40,354 bases of DNA from contig JBKJLC010000173.1 in NCBI GenBank assembly GCA_046597055.1, forward strand, positions 1 through 40,354, given 5' to 3'. The stretch comes from Kofleriaceae bacterium (lineage in GTDB: Bacteria > Myxococcota_A > Polyangia > Haliangiales > Haliangiaceae). The notes beneath the pieces are model-generated. The model was not told the origin of the DNA. It was given only the letters and a program-made list of their open reading frames with translations, and ran no database searches. Each line of letters starts with the position of its first letter. The stretch's first letter is position 1. Below are positions 17,879 through 31,143 of this stretch, piece after piece. The translations under genes were made by a program, and so were the position numbers.

Positions 17879-19074
17879 AGCGCGCCTCCGGCCGCGCGCT
17901 CGAGAGTGGCCCAGGCTTCCGCCGCCGCGAGCTCGGCGGCGAGCGCCTCCGCGCGGACGTCGAGCAGGTCCCGCTCCGACTGGATCACCGCGGCGAGATC
18001 GACCTCGCCAGCGGCGTACGCTTTGCGCACCAGCTCGGTCGATCGTTCCTGCGCTGGCACCAGCTTGGTGCCGAACGACGCCGCGCGCCGGCGCCCCGCT
18101 GCCCACCGTCGTTGCGCCGCGACGAGCTCCGCGGCGAGCTGGGAGCGGAGTGCGTTGGCCTCGGCCTCCTCGGCGCTCACGCGCGCGCGCGCGGCGTGCT
18201 CCCGAGCCCGGCCGCGGCCCCAGAGCGGCAGATCGACGGTCAGATCGACGAGCAGGTTGGTCGCGCCGCTGTTTGGGTCGAATGTGTCCACCTCGAGGTT
18301 CACGCGCAGGGTGGGGCGGCTCGCTGCCCGCGCCGCCGAGACCGCCGAGGCCGCCGCCGCGATGCGCGCCTCCTGCACGCGCAGCTCGGGATGGTAGGCG
18401 AGGTCGCTGGCGAGCCCTTCGTCGGTGGGTGCTTCGCTCGGTAGCGGTCCCGTCGCGACGAGCTCCTCCGCCGGAGCCCAGCCGACCACCGCGGCGAGTT
18501 CGGTGCCCGCGAGCCCGACGGACAGCGCGGCGTCCTCGGCCTCGACGTGCGCGCGAGCTGCCTGGGTCTCCGCGTTGACCACGTCGGCCTCCGAGGCATC
18601 GCCTGCATCGCGGCGCGCGCGCGTGACCTCGACGAGCCCATCAAGGCGCTCGGCGCCCTCCTGCGTCACCTGCGCCACCTGGCCGGCGCCATAGAGCGCA
18701 AGCCACGCGACCGTCGCCCGCCCGCGCAGATCGACATCGGTGGTGGGCTCCTCGGCGCGCGTCACCTCGGCATCGGCGCGCGCGGCCCGCCTGATCGCGC
18801 GCGCTACGCCGAAAAGCGGCAGGGGGATGCTCGCCACCGCCACCAGCCGCGAGCTCTCTCGCGCGGTGCCGATCGAGACCGTCGTCGCCGGCCATGGCCC
18901 AGCCGCTTCCGCCTCGGCGAACGCGGCCACGGTTCGGCGCTGCGCTGCGACGTGCGCGGGCGCCTGATCCACGGCCGCGCGGACGTCGTCGAGCGAGACC
19001 TCCCGGGGCGATGCGAGGGCGGGGCTCGCGATGGAAAGCAGAGGGAAAACCCAAGCGAGTTGCAGGATCCGCAT
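17875..19074 (-). CDS. TolC-family outer membrane efflux protein
   Basis: Signal peptide; two helical repeats (RRDAGDASEADV, KAYAAGEVDLAAVI), VDLPLWGR; first gene of a translationally coupled five-gene operon. Confidence 0.9.
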   Translation of the reverse strand: MRILQLAWVFPLLSIASPALASPREVSLDDVRAAVDQAPAHVAAQRRTVAAFAEAEAAGPWPATTVSIGTARESSRLVAVASIPLPLFGVARAIRRAARADAEVTRAEEPTTDVDLRGRATVAWLALYGAGQVAQVTQEGAERLDGLVEVTRARRDAGDASEADVVNAETQAARAHVEAEDAALSVGLAGTELAAVVGWAPAEELVATGPLPSEAPTDEGLASDLAYHPELRVQEARIAAAASAVSAARAASRPTLRVNLEVDTFDPNSGATNLLVDLTVDLPLWGRGRAREHAARARVSAEEAEANALRSQLAAELVAAQRRWAAGRRRAASFGTKLVPAQERSTELVRKAYAAGEVDLAAVIQSERDLLDVRAEALAAELAAAEAWATLERAAGGAL

Positions 19075-19082
19075 GCGATCAT

Positions 19083-19127
19083 ATCGTGAGGCGCACGGTC
19101 AGTGCGTTCTGTTACGAAAGCATTAAG
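19083..19127 (-). promoter_or_regulatory. Third OmpR-type tandem site CTTAAT-N5-CGTAAC and -10-like CACGAT upstream of tolC
   Basis: Minus strand CTTAATGCTTTCGTAAC (19127-19111), 22-nt gap, CACGAT (19088-19083); same geometry as the PepSY promoters. Confidence 0.55.
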
Positions 19128-19391
19128 CCTTCGCCACGAGCTGGCGGTGCTCACGAGGCGTGCCTCCAAGGACTGGTCGCCGCCGATGCCGCGGGCGTAG
19201 ACACGCTCGAAGCGGTCGCCCATCTGTCGACGATCCTCGGGCTTGACGTATCGCCGGATGAGCGGCGCTACCCACCGCCCCCACCGCACGCTCGCGCTGA
19301 CTGACGCGGCGACCGGGTGGTCGACCGTCAGTTTTCTACGAGATCAGGTGGTCGTCGACACGCGCGCGTGCCCCTGCCATGCCGTGGGTTG

Positions 19392-20558
19392 CTACCGCGT
19401 CTGCAAGGTGGCGCGCTCGCAGTCGGCGAGGAACGACGTCTCGAGCTCGCGGGCCAGCGCGGGATCGCCGATCACCAGCGCGACCTCGTCGAGCGTGTTG
19501 AGCGACAGCGGGTCCAGGTTGACCGAGCCGACCACGGACAGCCGGTCGTCGACCAGCATCGTCTTCGCGTGCATCATGGACGGCTGGTACTCCCAGACCC
19601 GCACCCCGCGCTCGAGCAGGTCGCCGTACAGGAGCCGCTGGGCGACGAACGCCCCCTTCACATCGCTGGTCCGGCCCGCCACCAGCACGCGGACGTCCAC
19701 GCCGCGAAGGGCGCTGGCGGCCAGCTGCTCCAGGATGGCCGCGCTCGGGACGAAGTAGGCGTTGGCGATCCAGAGTCGCCGGGTCGCGGTGGCGATGAGC
19801 AACTGGGTCAGGCGCTCGGCTCGGGTGACGGTCGGGGCCCCGGTGCTGGCCACGAACGCGGCCGCGCACGGGCCGGCCGCGCCGGGCGGCGGGAAATCGG
19901 CCAGCGGAAGCAAGGCGCCGCCGGCCTCCTGCCAGTTCTCGGCGAAGGCCTGCTGGGCCTGGTGCACCGCGGGCCCCGAGAACACCACGCTGGCGTCGCG
20001 CCAGGCGTCGGGCTGGCAGCCATCCCCGAGCCAGCAATCACGGACGCCGAAACCGCCGGTGATCGCGGTCGTCCCATCGACGACCAGGATCTTCCGGTGG
20101 TTGCGGGCCAGCCGCGCGCTCAGCAGCGACGCCCGGAACATCCGCACCTCACACCCGCCGGCGGTGAGACGGGGGCCCAGCACGTCGGGGAATGCCGAGC
20201 TTCCCAGCGCGTCGATGACCAGACGACACCGGACGCCGGCGCGGGCCCGGTCCAGCAGGGCGGCGACGATGCGGTCGGACGCCGCGCCCTCCTCCCAGAT
20301 GTACATGACGACGTTGACGCTGACCCGAGCCTGCCGGATCTCGCGCTCGAGCCGGTCGAACACCGCGCCGTTGTGGAGTAGCTCGACCTGGTGGCCGGGT
20401 GCCATCGGGGTTGCCACGCTCTGGAAGAGCGCCGACGAGAACAACGCGGGCGCCGACGGCACCGGGTGCGCGATCCGGAAGCCGTCGACGTCACCCGGCG
20501 CTGACTCGTACGTGAACCATCGGCCGAGACGGCGGATGAGCTCGCTGAAGCGGGTCAC
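19392..20558 (-). CDS. cls: Cardiolipin synthase / phospholipase D family
   Basis: Two HKD motifs: RNHRKILVVDG and MMHAKTMLVDD..GSVNLD; IANAYFVP. Confidence 0.9.
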   Translation of the reverse strand: MTRFSELIRRLGRWFTYESAPGDVDGFRIAHPVPSAPALFSSALFQSVATPMAPGHQVELLHNGAVFDRLEREIRQARVSVNVVMYIWEEGAASDRIVAALLDRARAGVRCRLVIDALGSSAFPDVLGPRLTAGGCEVRMFRASLLSARLARNHRKILVVDGTTAITGGFGVRDCWLGDGCQPDAWRDASVVFSGPAVHQAQQAFAENWQEAGGALLPLADFPPPGAAGPCAAAFVASTGAPTVTRAERLTQLLIATATRRLWIANAYFVPSAAILEQLAASALRGVDVRVLVAGRTSDVKGAFVAQRLLYGDLLERGVRVWEYQPSMMHAKTMLVDDRLSVVGSVNLDPLSLNTLDEVALVIGDPALARELETSFLADCERATLQTR

Positions 20559-20589
20559 GTCGTTTGCTGCTCGTCGTCGCCGTGCAGGT

Positions 20590-20856
20590 TCAACGAGCGA
20601 GCGCGCCGCGCTTGCGGGTCACCAAGAACCGGCAGCCCGCGAGCAGCAGCACGGCGCCCAGGACCGACGCGATGAAGCCCGCGCTCTCACCGTCGTGGTA
20701 CCAGCCGAGCGAGCGGCCGATCATGCCCGCGGCGAGCGCACCGGCGACGCCGAGGAGCATCGTCGCGATGATCCCGCCCGGGTCCTTGCCCGGCATGATG
20801 AGCTTGGCGACCGCGCCGGCGATGAGGCCGATGATGAGCATCCAGATGAAGTGCAT
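20590..20856 (-). CDS. GlsB/YeaQ/YmgE (transglycosylase-associated) membrane protein
   Basis: IIGLIAGAVAKLIMPGKDPGGIIATMLLGVAGA..GFIASVLGAVLLL; AAGGAG RBS. Confidence 0.93.
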   Translation of the reverse strand: MHFIWMLIIGLIAGAVAKLIMPGKDPGGIIATMLLGVAGALAAGMIGRSLGWYHDGESAGFIASVLGAVLLLAGCRFLVTRKRGALAR

Positions 20857-20879
20857 GATATCTCCTTGGCGAGGCGCAC

Positions 20880-20895
20880 TGCGAGTTGTGTGCCA
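20880..20895 (-). promoter_or_regulatory. sigma54 -24/-12 promoter
   Basis: Minus strand TGGCAC-ACAAC-TCGCA versus consensus TGGCAC-N5-TTGCW, 24 nt before the ATG at 20856. Confidence 0.65.
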
Positions 20896-21062
20896 CCGGA
20901 ACTGCTCGGCAGCACGCGGGCTGCCCCGGGCCAGACGAGCGCCACGGCACGGCCGTGCGCGACGGCAACGACGGACGGGGTCGGGCACCGCGCGCGGCGG
21001 CGGCAGGGGGCAAGCATCGCCGGCAGTCAACACGACCCCGGGGGTCGCTGGCTCGTCTGGAT

Positions 21063-21992
21063 GTGGGTAGGCTCTTGCGCTTGCGAGCTGTCCTCCTCAT
21101 CGTCGCGCTGGGCGCCACCGGTCTGATCGGGTGCGATCTGGCGCGCGACAGCGGTCGCGACGCCGGGCCCGGGCTCGATGCGCCGCCGCCGATCGAGGCC
21201 GACCTGGTCCCACCGATCGGCGGACCGGCGACGCTCGACGTCGCGTGCTGGAACGTCGAGTTCTTTCCCAAGTCGGACCGCACCATCCTGCTGCTGGCGG
21301 ACCTCATCGTCAGCCTCGACCTCGACGTGATCGTGTTCGAGGAGATCGCGTCGGTCGACGCGTGGAACCAGCTGGTGGCGCGGTTGCCGGAGCACGAGGG
21401 CGTGTTGTCGAGCCATCGCTACACGCCGACCGAGTACCAGAAGATCGGGGTCATCTACCGGCAAGGTCTGGTGACGCTGGGGCCGCCCGAGTTGCTGTTC
21501 GTCTCCGACGGCTTCGGCTTTCCGCGGCCGCCGCTGAAGGTCCACGTCGACGCCGCCGGGATGTCGTTCGACCTGATCGGGCTGCACCTCAAGGCCGGGG
21601 TCGGGGCCGAGGACGCCGAGCGTCGCGCCGCGGCGTTGCGGGAGCTCGACCGCTACCTGCGCGCCCAGGTCGACGGCGGCGGCGAGGACGAGCTGATCGT
21701 CCTCGGTGACTACAACGAGGCCCTCACCAGCGCGAGCGGGCGCGAGGTGCTGGCGCCGATGTATGCGGCCCCGGAGCGCTACCGCTTCCTGAGCGAGGCG
21801 GCGGCGCTGGCCGGCGAGCGCAGCTTCATCCCGAGCGGCAAGGTCATCGACCACATCGTCGTCACGGCCGGCCTCTACGACGAGGTCGGGACCGCCCGCG
21901 CCGTGATCCCGCGACTCGATCAGATGGTGCTGCGCTACGACGCCGAGCTCTCGGACCATCTGCCGGTCATCGTCTCGATCCCGCAGCCCTGA
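21063..21992 (+). CDS. Endonuclease/exonuclease/phosphatase (EEP, DNase I-like) lipoprotein
   Basis: Lipobox LIGC; WNVEFF, FEEI, HLKA, LGDYN, IDHI, SDHLPV catalytic motifs. Start approximate. Confidence 0.9.
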   Translation: MGRLLRLRAVLLIVALGATGLIGCDLARDSGRDAGPGLDAPPPIEADLVPPIGGPATLDVACWNVEFFPKSDRTILLLADLIVSLDLDVIVFEEIASVDAWNQLVARLPEHEGVLSSHRYTPTEYQKIGVIYRQGLVTLGPPELLFVSDGFGFPRPPLKVHVDAAGMSFDLIGLHLKAGVGAEDAERRAAALRELDRYLRAQVDGGGEDELIVLGDYNEALTSASGREVLAPMYAAPERYRFLSEAAALAGERSFIPSGKVIDHIVVTAGLYDEVGTARAVIPRLDQMVLRYDAELSDHLPVIVSIPQP

Positions 21993-22086
21993 GGTCGCGG
22001 CGGCTCCGCGCCGCGTTCGCCGGCGCCACGACCGCGCCGGAAGCCTTCCGGTCCATCCGGGGGCCCCGACGCTGTATCGTCAGGCG

Positions 22087-24138
<2,052 letters not shown>

Positions 24139-24154
24139 CCGGCGCCCGCCCCGC

Positions 24155-26280
<2,126 letters not shown>

Positions 26281-26284
<4 letters not shown>

Positions 26285-26514
26285 GGGGCCGTCGCGCGTA
26301 CGCGGATCTGCGCGGCCTCGAACCGGCGGATCGACAGCCGGCCGCGGCGGACCTCGATCTCCAGCGGGTCACCCAGCGGCGCGACGTTGACGACCGCCAC
26401 GGTCGTGCCGGGGATCAGGCCCATCTCCATCAGGCGCCGGCGAAACCCGCGGTCGCCGGCCACCGAATCGATGGTGACGGGACGGTGGCGCGCGGTCTCG
26501 GCGAGGGTCGACAC
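26281..26514 (-). CDS. feoA: Ferrous iron transport protein A
   Basis: RRRLMEMGLIPGT..VAPLGDPLEIEVR..LSIRRFEA; overlaps the feoB start. GTG 26514 chosen. Confidence 0.95.
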
Positions 26515-26531
26515 GTCGCACGAAGCTAGCA

Positions 26532-26554
26532 AAGTTGAAACCGGTTATCAACTT
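26532..26554. promoter_or_regulatory. Fur-like box upstream of feoAB
   Basis: AAGTTGA-AACCGGTTA-TCAACTT: AT-rich inverted repeat with a TTGA-N9-TCAA core like the deltaproteobacterial Fur motif; adjoins the feoA -10-like TAGCTT (26528-26523). Confidence 0.8.
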
Positions 26555-26623
26555 CAAAGCCCGCTGGGCTTGACTGTCGTTGCGGCCAACGTCGGGCCGC
26601 AATGCTAGATTTTTGGAGCGAGC

Positions 26624-27157
26624 ATGGAAGCCACGAAGACGCTGCTCCTGTCGCAGAGCTACGAGCCCATCAAGGTCATCTCGTGGCAACGCGCGATCAC
26701 GCTGTTGTTCCTCGGAAAGGTCGAGGTCATCGAGGAGTACGTCGACGACGTGCGCTCGGTGACGTTCGTCATCAAGGTGCCGGCGGTCGTGCGCCTCTTG
26801 CGCGCGTTCCGACGCCACCACAAGCCGGTGAAGTTCTCGCGGGTCAACATCTACGCCCGCGACGGCTACACCTGTCAGTACTGCGCCACCAAGCTCGGGG
26901 TCGCCGAGCTCACGTACGATCACGTCGTGCCCCGCTCGCAGGGTGGCCGCACCGACTGGACCAACATCGTGACCGCCTGCCACGACTGCAACCGGGACAA
27001 GGGCGGGCGCACGCCGAAGCAGGCGGGCATGCACCTGCGCAGCTTGCCGGTACAGCCCGACTGGGTTCCCGCGGTGACGATCCGGGTGAGCCTGCGCTCG
27101 GTGCCGGACGCCTGGCGCGACTACTTGTACTGGACCGGCCAGCTCGACGACTCGTAG
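26624..27157 (+). CDS. Stand-alone HNH endonuclease (McrA-like, COG1403)
   Basis: LLLSQSYEP N-terminus, FSRVNIYARDGYTCQYC, DHVVPRSQGG, NIVTACHDCNRDKG; extended -10 TGCTAGATT at 26603-26611 and GGAG. Confidence 0.95.
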   Translation: MEATKTLLLSQSYEPIKVISWQRAITLLFLGKVEVIEEYVDDVRSVTFVIKVPAVVRLLRAFRRHHKPVKFSRVNIYARDGYTCQYCATKLGVAELTYDHVVPRSQGGRTDWTNIVTACHDCNRDKGGRTPKQAGMHLRSLPVQPDWVPAVTIRVSLRSVPDAWRDYLYWTGQLDDS

Positions 27158-27188
27158 CGGCTGCGGAGCCCGAGCAGGAGCCCGCGGG

Positions 27189-28358
27189 TCAGTAGGTGAG
27201 CAAGGTGGCGTCGGGGCTGACGGTGCCGCGGGTGGCGGCGTCGCGGTAGCGGAGGACGATGCGGCCGGGGGCGCCGCCGCCGCCGCCGCCGTTGCCGAAC
27301 AGGCCGGTGTCGCCGCCGCCAGTGGGGACGCCCTCGAGCGCGCCGCCGGCGCCGCCGCTCGCGCCGTAGGTGCCGCCGCCGCTATCGCCGCCGGCCGGGC
27401 GGGTGACGGCCGCGCTGCCGTTGGCGCCCGGGCCGGCGCTGCCGGCGCTGGCCCCACCGCCGCCGCCGCCGCCGTTCACGGCGAGCGTGCCCGCGTTGTC
27501 GATGCGGGCCGCCTGCAGGTCGATCGCGCCGCCCGAGCCGCCGCCGGTGCCGGCGAGGTACTGGAGCGCGCAGCTGCGGCCACCGCCACCGCCGCCGCCG
27601 CCGGCGGAGATCGCGCCGCCGAGGGCGATCGAGATCGTCGTCCGCGCGAACAGGTGCACCGCGCCGCCACCGGCGCCCGGGGTCGACGGATCACAGCCAT
27701 CGGTCTCGACGGCGCCGCCCCCGGAGCCGCCGGCCAGGATCGCGAGCGCGGGATCGCCGGTGGCCGGGCCCGGCGCACCGGCGCCGTCGCCGTCGCCTTG
27801 GCCGCCCTCGCCGCCGGGCATCGCGTGGCCGCCGCCGCCGCCACCGCCGTCGGCATACGAGCCCGAGCGCTGGCCATCGCTGCCCTTGCCGGGGCCGGCC
27901 GCGGGGGCCGCACCACCGGCGCCGGGGATGCCGCCGCGGGCACCGACGTCGAGCGTGCCGGCGATCGTCGCCGAGGCCGCGAGCACGACCAGCGGCCGCT
28001 CCCCGATGGCGCGGACGGTCGCGCCGGCGTCGATCGTGAAGGCGCGCACGCGCAGGATCGCGAGCTCCGGGCCGGTGCCGTCGTGCGCGACGGCGGTCAG
28101 CGTGACGCCGGCGGGCAACGTGCCGCTGTAGGTCAGCGCGCTGGTGTCGATCGTCACGTCGTCGGTCACCACGAGGTCGGCGGTGCCCACCGACTCCTCG
28201 CCGGCCGGCACGTGGACCACATCGGTCACGGCCTCGGGCCCGTCACGTACCTCGATCGCGATCCCGGCATCCTCGCCTGCCGTGTCGTCGCTGCCGCCGC
28301 CGGCGGGGACGAACGAACAGGCGGCGGTGGCCGTCAGCAGTACCAGCGAGCGCCACAT
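27189..28358 (-). CDS. Glycine-rich lipoprotein (paralogue 1)
   Basis: Lipobox TAAC-SFVP; repeated GGGGG/GGGSGGAI segments; ends GRIVLRYR..SPDATLLTY. Confidence 0.85.
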   Translation of the reverse strand: MWRSLVLLTATAACSFVPAGGGSDDTAGEDAGIAIEVRDGPEAVTDVVHVPAGEESVGTADLVVTDDVTIDTSALTYSGTLPAGVTLTAVAHDGTGPELAILRVRAFTIDAGATVRAIGERPLVVLAASATIAGTLDVGARGGIPGAGGAAPAAGPGKGSDGQRSGSYADGGGGGGGHAMPGGEGGQGDGDGAGAPGPATGDPALAILAGGSGGGAVETDGCDPSTPGAGGGAVHLFARTTISIALGGAISAGGGGGGGGRSCALQYLAGTGGGSGGAIDLQAARIDNAGTLAVNGGGGGGGASAGSAGPGANGSAAVTRPAGGDSGGGTYGASGGAGGALEGVPTGGGDTGLFGNGGGGGGAPGRIVLRYRDAATRGTVSPDATLLTY

Positions 28359-28522
28359 CGGCGAATTGTACCCGCGCGCTTCCGCCGCTCCGAGCCTGAA
28401 TCGACGTCGCCAATGTAGGCGGGCGAGGCCGCGTCAGAGGGCGAGATTCATTCGATCCACCGCCCGATCGCTCCGGCGTCCGGTGTGCGCCCGAACCGCT
28501 CCGCGCCCGGGTCGGGTGGGCG

Positions 28523-29842
28523 TCAGTAGGTGGACGTGGTCGCCGTCGTCGGGCTGGTGGAGCCCGCAGCGAGGGTCGTGCGGTACCGCAGGTGGATGCG
28601 GCCGTGACCGCCGCCGCCGCCGCCGCCGTTGCCACGGTCGCCGGCATCGCCACCGGTCACCGGCGCCGCCGCGGCCGCACCGGCGCCGCCGGCCGCGCTG
28701 AACATGCCCATCGCGGCCCCGCCGCTGGCCGCGGTCGTGCTCAGCGCGCCGTTGCCGCCCGCGCTGCCGGCGCCGCGGCCACCAGCGCCGCTGCCGCCGC
28801 CACCACCGTTGGCAGCGAGGATGCCGCCGTTGACCACGACCGGCGACTGCAGGTAGATCGCGCCGCCCGAGCCGCCGCCGTGACCGGCGAGGAAGTTGGC
28901 CGGGCTGGCGCAGTCGTCACCGCCTTCGCCACCGCCACCGCCGACGTTGATGCCGCCGCTGCTGCTGATCATGATCGACGTGCGTGCGTAGATCTGCACC
29001 GCGCCCCCGCCGCTGCCGGGCGCGGTCAGCGCGCACGCCGTCATGCCGCCGGGCGAGAACGCGCTGCCGCCGGCCGAGCCACCCTCGAGCACGGTCAGGG
29101 TCGCGACGCCGTAGGTCGAGCCGGGCCCGCCCCCCTGCGCGATCTCGTCGGGATCGCAGTCGGCGACACAGGTCGCGTCGCCGCCGTTGGCGCCAGCGCC
29201 CCCGAAGCTACCGCCGCCCCCGCCGCCGTCCGAGAACCGGTTGACGTGCTGGCCGTTGCCGCCGGCGCCCAGGCCGGCCGTCGCGCCGCCGGCGCCCGGC
29301 ACCGTGAGGCGCGCGCCCGCGTCGATCGTGCCGTCGAGGGTGACGGCCTCGGCGAGGATCACGAACGGCCGGTTGCCGAGCACGCGGACGTCGGCGCCAG
29401 CGTTGATGGTCAGGTTGCGCACGCGCAGCACGGCGATCTCCGGGCCGCCGGGATCCTGCGCGGAGGTCACGAAGGTGACGCCGGCGGGAAGCGCGACCCC
29501 GAGCCCGAACTGACCGCCGGAGGTGTTGGCCGTGATGTCGGTCGTGATGGTCAGGTCGCCCGTGCCGATGGTCTCGTCGCTGGCCGCGAGATGGACGACG
29601 TCACCCGGCTCGGCGGCATCGGGCGTGGCGTCGATCAGCGCGGCGTCGATCAGCGCGGCGTCGGTGGCGGCCGCGTCAGTCGCGGCGGCGTCGGTCTCCG
29701 CATCAGGCAGGTCGGCATCGGCGACGGCGCCGTCGCGGGTGGGGACGTCGGCGTCGTCGGTCGCGCGCTCCAGCTCTCCCGGAACGAACGAGCACCCGGT
29801 CGCGACAGAGATCGCGACGAGCGCGAGCCGGTACACCTGCAT
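28523..29842 (-). CDS. Glycine-rich lipoprotein (paralogue 2)
   Basis: Lipobox ATGC-SFVP; DAxxx pentapeptide linker; colinear with paralogue 1; ends GRIHLRYR..SPTTATTSTY. Confidence 0.85.
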   Translation of the reverse strand: MQVYRLALVAISVATGCSFVPGELERATDDADVPTRDGAVADADLPDAETDAAATDAAATDAALIDAALIDATPDAAEPGDVVHLAASDETIGTGDLTITTDITANTSGGQFGLGVALPAGVTFVTSAQDPGGPEIAVLRVRNLTINAGADVRVLGNRPFVILAEAVTLDGTIDAGARLTVPGAGGATAGLGAGGNGQHVNRFSDGGGGGGSFGGAGANGGDATCVADCDPDEIAQGGGPGSTYGVATLTVLEGGSAGGSAFSPGGMTACALTAPGSGGGAVQIYARTSIMISSSGGINVGGGGGEGGDDCASPANFLAGHGGGSGGAIYLQSPVVVNGGILAANGGGGGSGAGGRGAGSAGGNGALSTTAASGGAAMGMFSAAGGAGAAAAAPVTGGDAGDRGNGGGGGGGHGRIHLRYRTTLAAGSTSPTTATTSTY

Positions 29843-30026
29843 CGGACCAGTATGCGGCCAACTGGGCTGCCGCGAAAAGACCGTGTGCCGGCCGCGTGGT
29901 CTGCCCGCGCGCAGGTCGACCAGGTGCCGGGCCCGGCCGACATGCTCGTACCCGGCGCCGTGGTGGTCCGGCAGGTGTGGCGTTCACCCGTGGTGGGTCG
30001 CCGGTCGGGTGTTACCCTACCCACAG

Positions 30027-31112
30027 GTGCCGACCCCATCCACCCCTGTTGCCGAGCGCGTCGAAACCGATACCAGCCTCGATGCCGAGCGGAAGAAGGC
30101 TGATCAGCTGCTCGCGGAGCGGGCGGCCTCGCTCCAGCAGGCTGCCACCGCGGTCGTGGAGCTGGCGCGCGAGGAAGCCGACGTCCTCATCGAGACCGCC
30201 CGCCAGCACACCGACGCCGCCCTCGAGCTCGCCCACGAGCCGGCCGCGCTGCTCGACGAGGTCGTGGCTGCGCGCGAGACGGAGGACCAGGTGATCGAGG
30301 CGCGCCGGGCCCACGCCGACGCCCAGCTGGTCGCCGAGCAACGCGCCCACCAGCGCGCGATCCGGAACCTTCTCGCAATCGAGCGCGAAGAGACCAACCA
30401 ACGCCTGCAGAACGAGCGCGAGCGCGCCGACCACCTGGTGGCGTCACGCGACGACTTCCTTGCCATGGTCAGCCACGACGTTCGCTCGCTCCTCGGGGGC
30501 ATCGCGATGTCCGCCGACTCCCTGCGCAGCGCGACCCAGCTCGCGCCCGATCATCTCGTGCGCGAGGCTGATCGGATTCAACGCCTCACCGCGCGCATGA
30601 ACCGGCTGGTCGGCGACCTGCTCGACGTGGTCGGCATGGAGGCCGGCCAGCTGAAGGTCACCGTGGTCGCGCAGGATGTCCGCGACCTGCTGGCCGAGAC
30701 CCTCGAGAGCTTCCAGGCGATGGCCGCGTCCCGGTCGATTCACCTCGCCGCCGCGATGCCCGAGACGCCCATGCTGGCGTTGTTCGATCACGACCGCATG
30801 TTGCAGGTGCTATCCAACCTGGTCGGCAACGCCTTGAAGTTCACCGAGCCCGGCGGTCACGTCACGCTCGGGGTCGCGCGGGGCGAGGGGGTCCTCGAGA
30901 TCACCGTGCAGGACGACGGCTGCGGCATCGAGCCGGACCAGCAGGAGACGATCTTCGAGCGCTTCTCGCAGGCGGCGCGACTCGACCGGCGCGGGCTCGG
31001 CCTCGGGCTCTACATCGCGCGCGGCCTGGTCGAGGCCCACGGCGGCCGGGTGTGGGTCACCGCCGCCCCCGGGGTCGGCTCGACCTTCCATGTGACGCTC
31101 CCCGCCGCCTAG
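30027..31112 (+). CDS. Cytoplasmic histidine kinase with N-terminal coiled coil
   Basis: FLAMVSHDVRSLL, QVLSNLVGNALKFT, DDGCGI, GLGLGLYIAR; no TM helix; GTG 30027 chosen. Confidence 0.92.
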   Translation: MPTPSTPVAERVETDTSLDAERKKADQLLAERAASLQQAATAVVELAREEADVLIETARQHTDAALELAHEPAALLDEVVAARETEDQVIEARRAHADAQLVAEQRAHQRAIRNLLAIEREETNQRLQNERERADHLVASRDDFLAMVSHDVRSLLGGIAMSADSLRSATQLAPDHLVREADRIQRLTARMNRLVGDLLDVVGMEAGQLKVTVVAQDVRDLLAETLESFQAMAASRSIHLAAAMPETPMLALFDHDRMLQVLSNLVGNALKFTEPGGHVTLGVARGEGVLEITVQDDGCGIEPDQQETIFERFSQAARLDRRGLGLGLYIARGLVEAHGGRVWVTAAPGVGSTFHVTLPAA

Positions 31113-31143
31113 CCGGGGCTCGTTGCTGACCGCCGCTACCACC

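Noticed and set aside
26624..27157. HNH gene as IscB/Cas9-like RNA-guided nuclease
   Set aside because: Only 177 aa, no RuvC motifs or PLMP N-terminus, and flanks (109 bp and 31 bp) leave no room for a guide RNA; it fits the common stand-alone HNH family.
28396..28450. TGAATC...GATTCA inverted hexamers between the Gly-rich paralogues
   Set aside because: Short, widely spaced and not repeated elsewhere; could be chance.
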